DNA of 44,882 nt, taken from sequence record PZ445419.1. One strand, given 5' to 3'. The notes under the pieces are model-generated. The model worked only from the letters and a program-made list of their open reading frames with translations, was not told where the DNA came from and did no database searches. Every line of letters starts with the position of its first letter. The stretch's first letter is position 1. This stretch comes from a phage. A program made the translations under genes and the position numbers. Positions 44,332 through 44,882 of the stretch are shown here, in pieces.

Positions 44332-44882
44332 ATGGCAGAAATCAAAGTTAAGGGTCGACGCGCCAAACTGGACGGACGAGTAGCAGTTACCCCGCGCCGT
44401 AAACCAGGAGAGCAAACCGAGCATACCAATCTCGGACCTGAAATCGAGTACGGTAAGCGCCGTAAAGGCGGCAAATGTGGACGCCCTACTGACTACAGAT
44501 CCGTTTACTGCGACCAGCTTCGCCGCTATTTTGCCGACGCAGTCGCATGGCAGGTCAACTACTCCGATAAAGGCGCTGCGCAAGTAATCCCCCGCAACAA
44601 AATGCCAACCTTCGGTCGATTTGCCGCTGAAATCGGCGTAGGCGTAGCTTGCCTGTACCGCTGGGCGCGAGCACATGAGGAGTTTGCCGAAGCGATGGCG
44701 GACGCAATGGAACTGCAGAAAACTTTCCTGATGGAAGCCGGTGGCGTGACCATCGCGGCAGGCTTCGCTACGTTCCTGCTTAAAGCAAACCACGGCGTCC
44801 GCGACGATGTGCCGCTGGATGACGACGAAGATGATAACGGCGACGTCGTAGTGGAACCTACCGGCAAAGGCCAGGGTGAATA
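44332..44882 (+). CDS. terS: terminase small subunit (3' end runs off the window; stop completed by base 1 if circular)
   Basis: At least 183 codons; HTH-like FGRFAAEIGVGVACLYRWARAHEEF typical of small terminase DNA-binding domains; acidic C-terminus; final TA plus base 1 gives TAA overlapping the terL ATG. Confidence 0.65.
   Translation, partial: MAEIKVKGRRAKLDGRVAVTPRRKPGEQTEHTNLGPEIEYGKRRKGGKCGRPTDYRSVYCDQLRRYFADAVAWQVNYSDKGAAQVIPRNKMPTFGRFAAEIGVGVACLYRWARAHEEFAEAMADAMELQKTFLMEAGGVTIAAGFATFLLKANHGVRDDVPLDDDEDDNGDVVVEPTGKGQGE

Noticed and set aside
1-44882. Integrase/repressor lysogeny module, tRNA genes, CRISPR arrays
   Set aside because: Looked for tyrosine/serine recombinase-sized ORFs, CI-like repressors and tRNA-like structures by eye and found none. 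An exhaustive tRNA scan was not possible without tools, so small RNA genes cannot be fully excluded.

Overview
The window reads as an essentially complete, circularly closed genome (about 44.9 kb) of a tailed dsDNA phage of an enterobacterial-type host. The terS-like ORF runs off the 3' end and its stop codon is completed by base 1, overlapping the terL ATG (TA + ATG = TAATG). Layout: (i) 1-23193, plus strand: terminase large subunit, portal, head morphogenesis protein, an overlapped Rz/Rz1-like spanin pair, a reverse-oriented moron, scaffold, major capsid, head-tail connectors, major tail protein, chaperone G/GT with a -1 frameshift site, tape measure, lambda-like M-L-K-I-J tail tip, a reverse-oriented lipoprotein cassette and a side tail fibre. 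(ii) 23220-35740, minus strand: early/replication block with Dam-like and C5-like methyltransferases, HAD-like phosphatase, HNH-like endonuclease, SNF2-like helicase, VRR-NUC, family A DNA polymerase, DUF2815-like ssDNA-binding protein and DUF2800/Cas4-like nuclease. (iii) 35741-36142: divergent promoter region. (iv) 36143-44882, plus strand: HTH protein, primase/helicase, a chain of small translationally coupled genes, holin/endolysin cassette, an HTH-metallophosphoesterase fusion and terS. No integrase, repressor, tRNA or CRISPR array was recognised, so the phage is probably virulent. The most unusual features are non-coding: two homologous iteron-like GCGGGACA arrays each ending in an identical 57-bp palindrome, and a 9-mer (ATTGGTTGC) present about 20 times in intergenic regions where it overlaps sigma70-like promoter hexamers. 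All calls come from reading the sequence and motif recognition; no database search was run.
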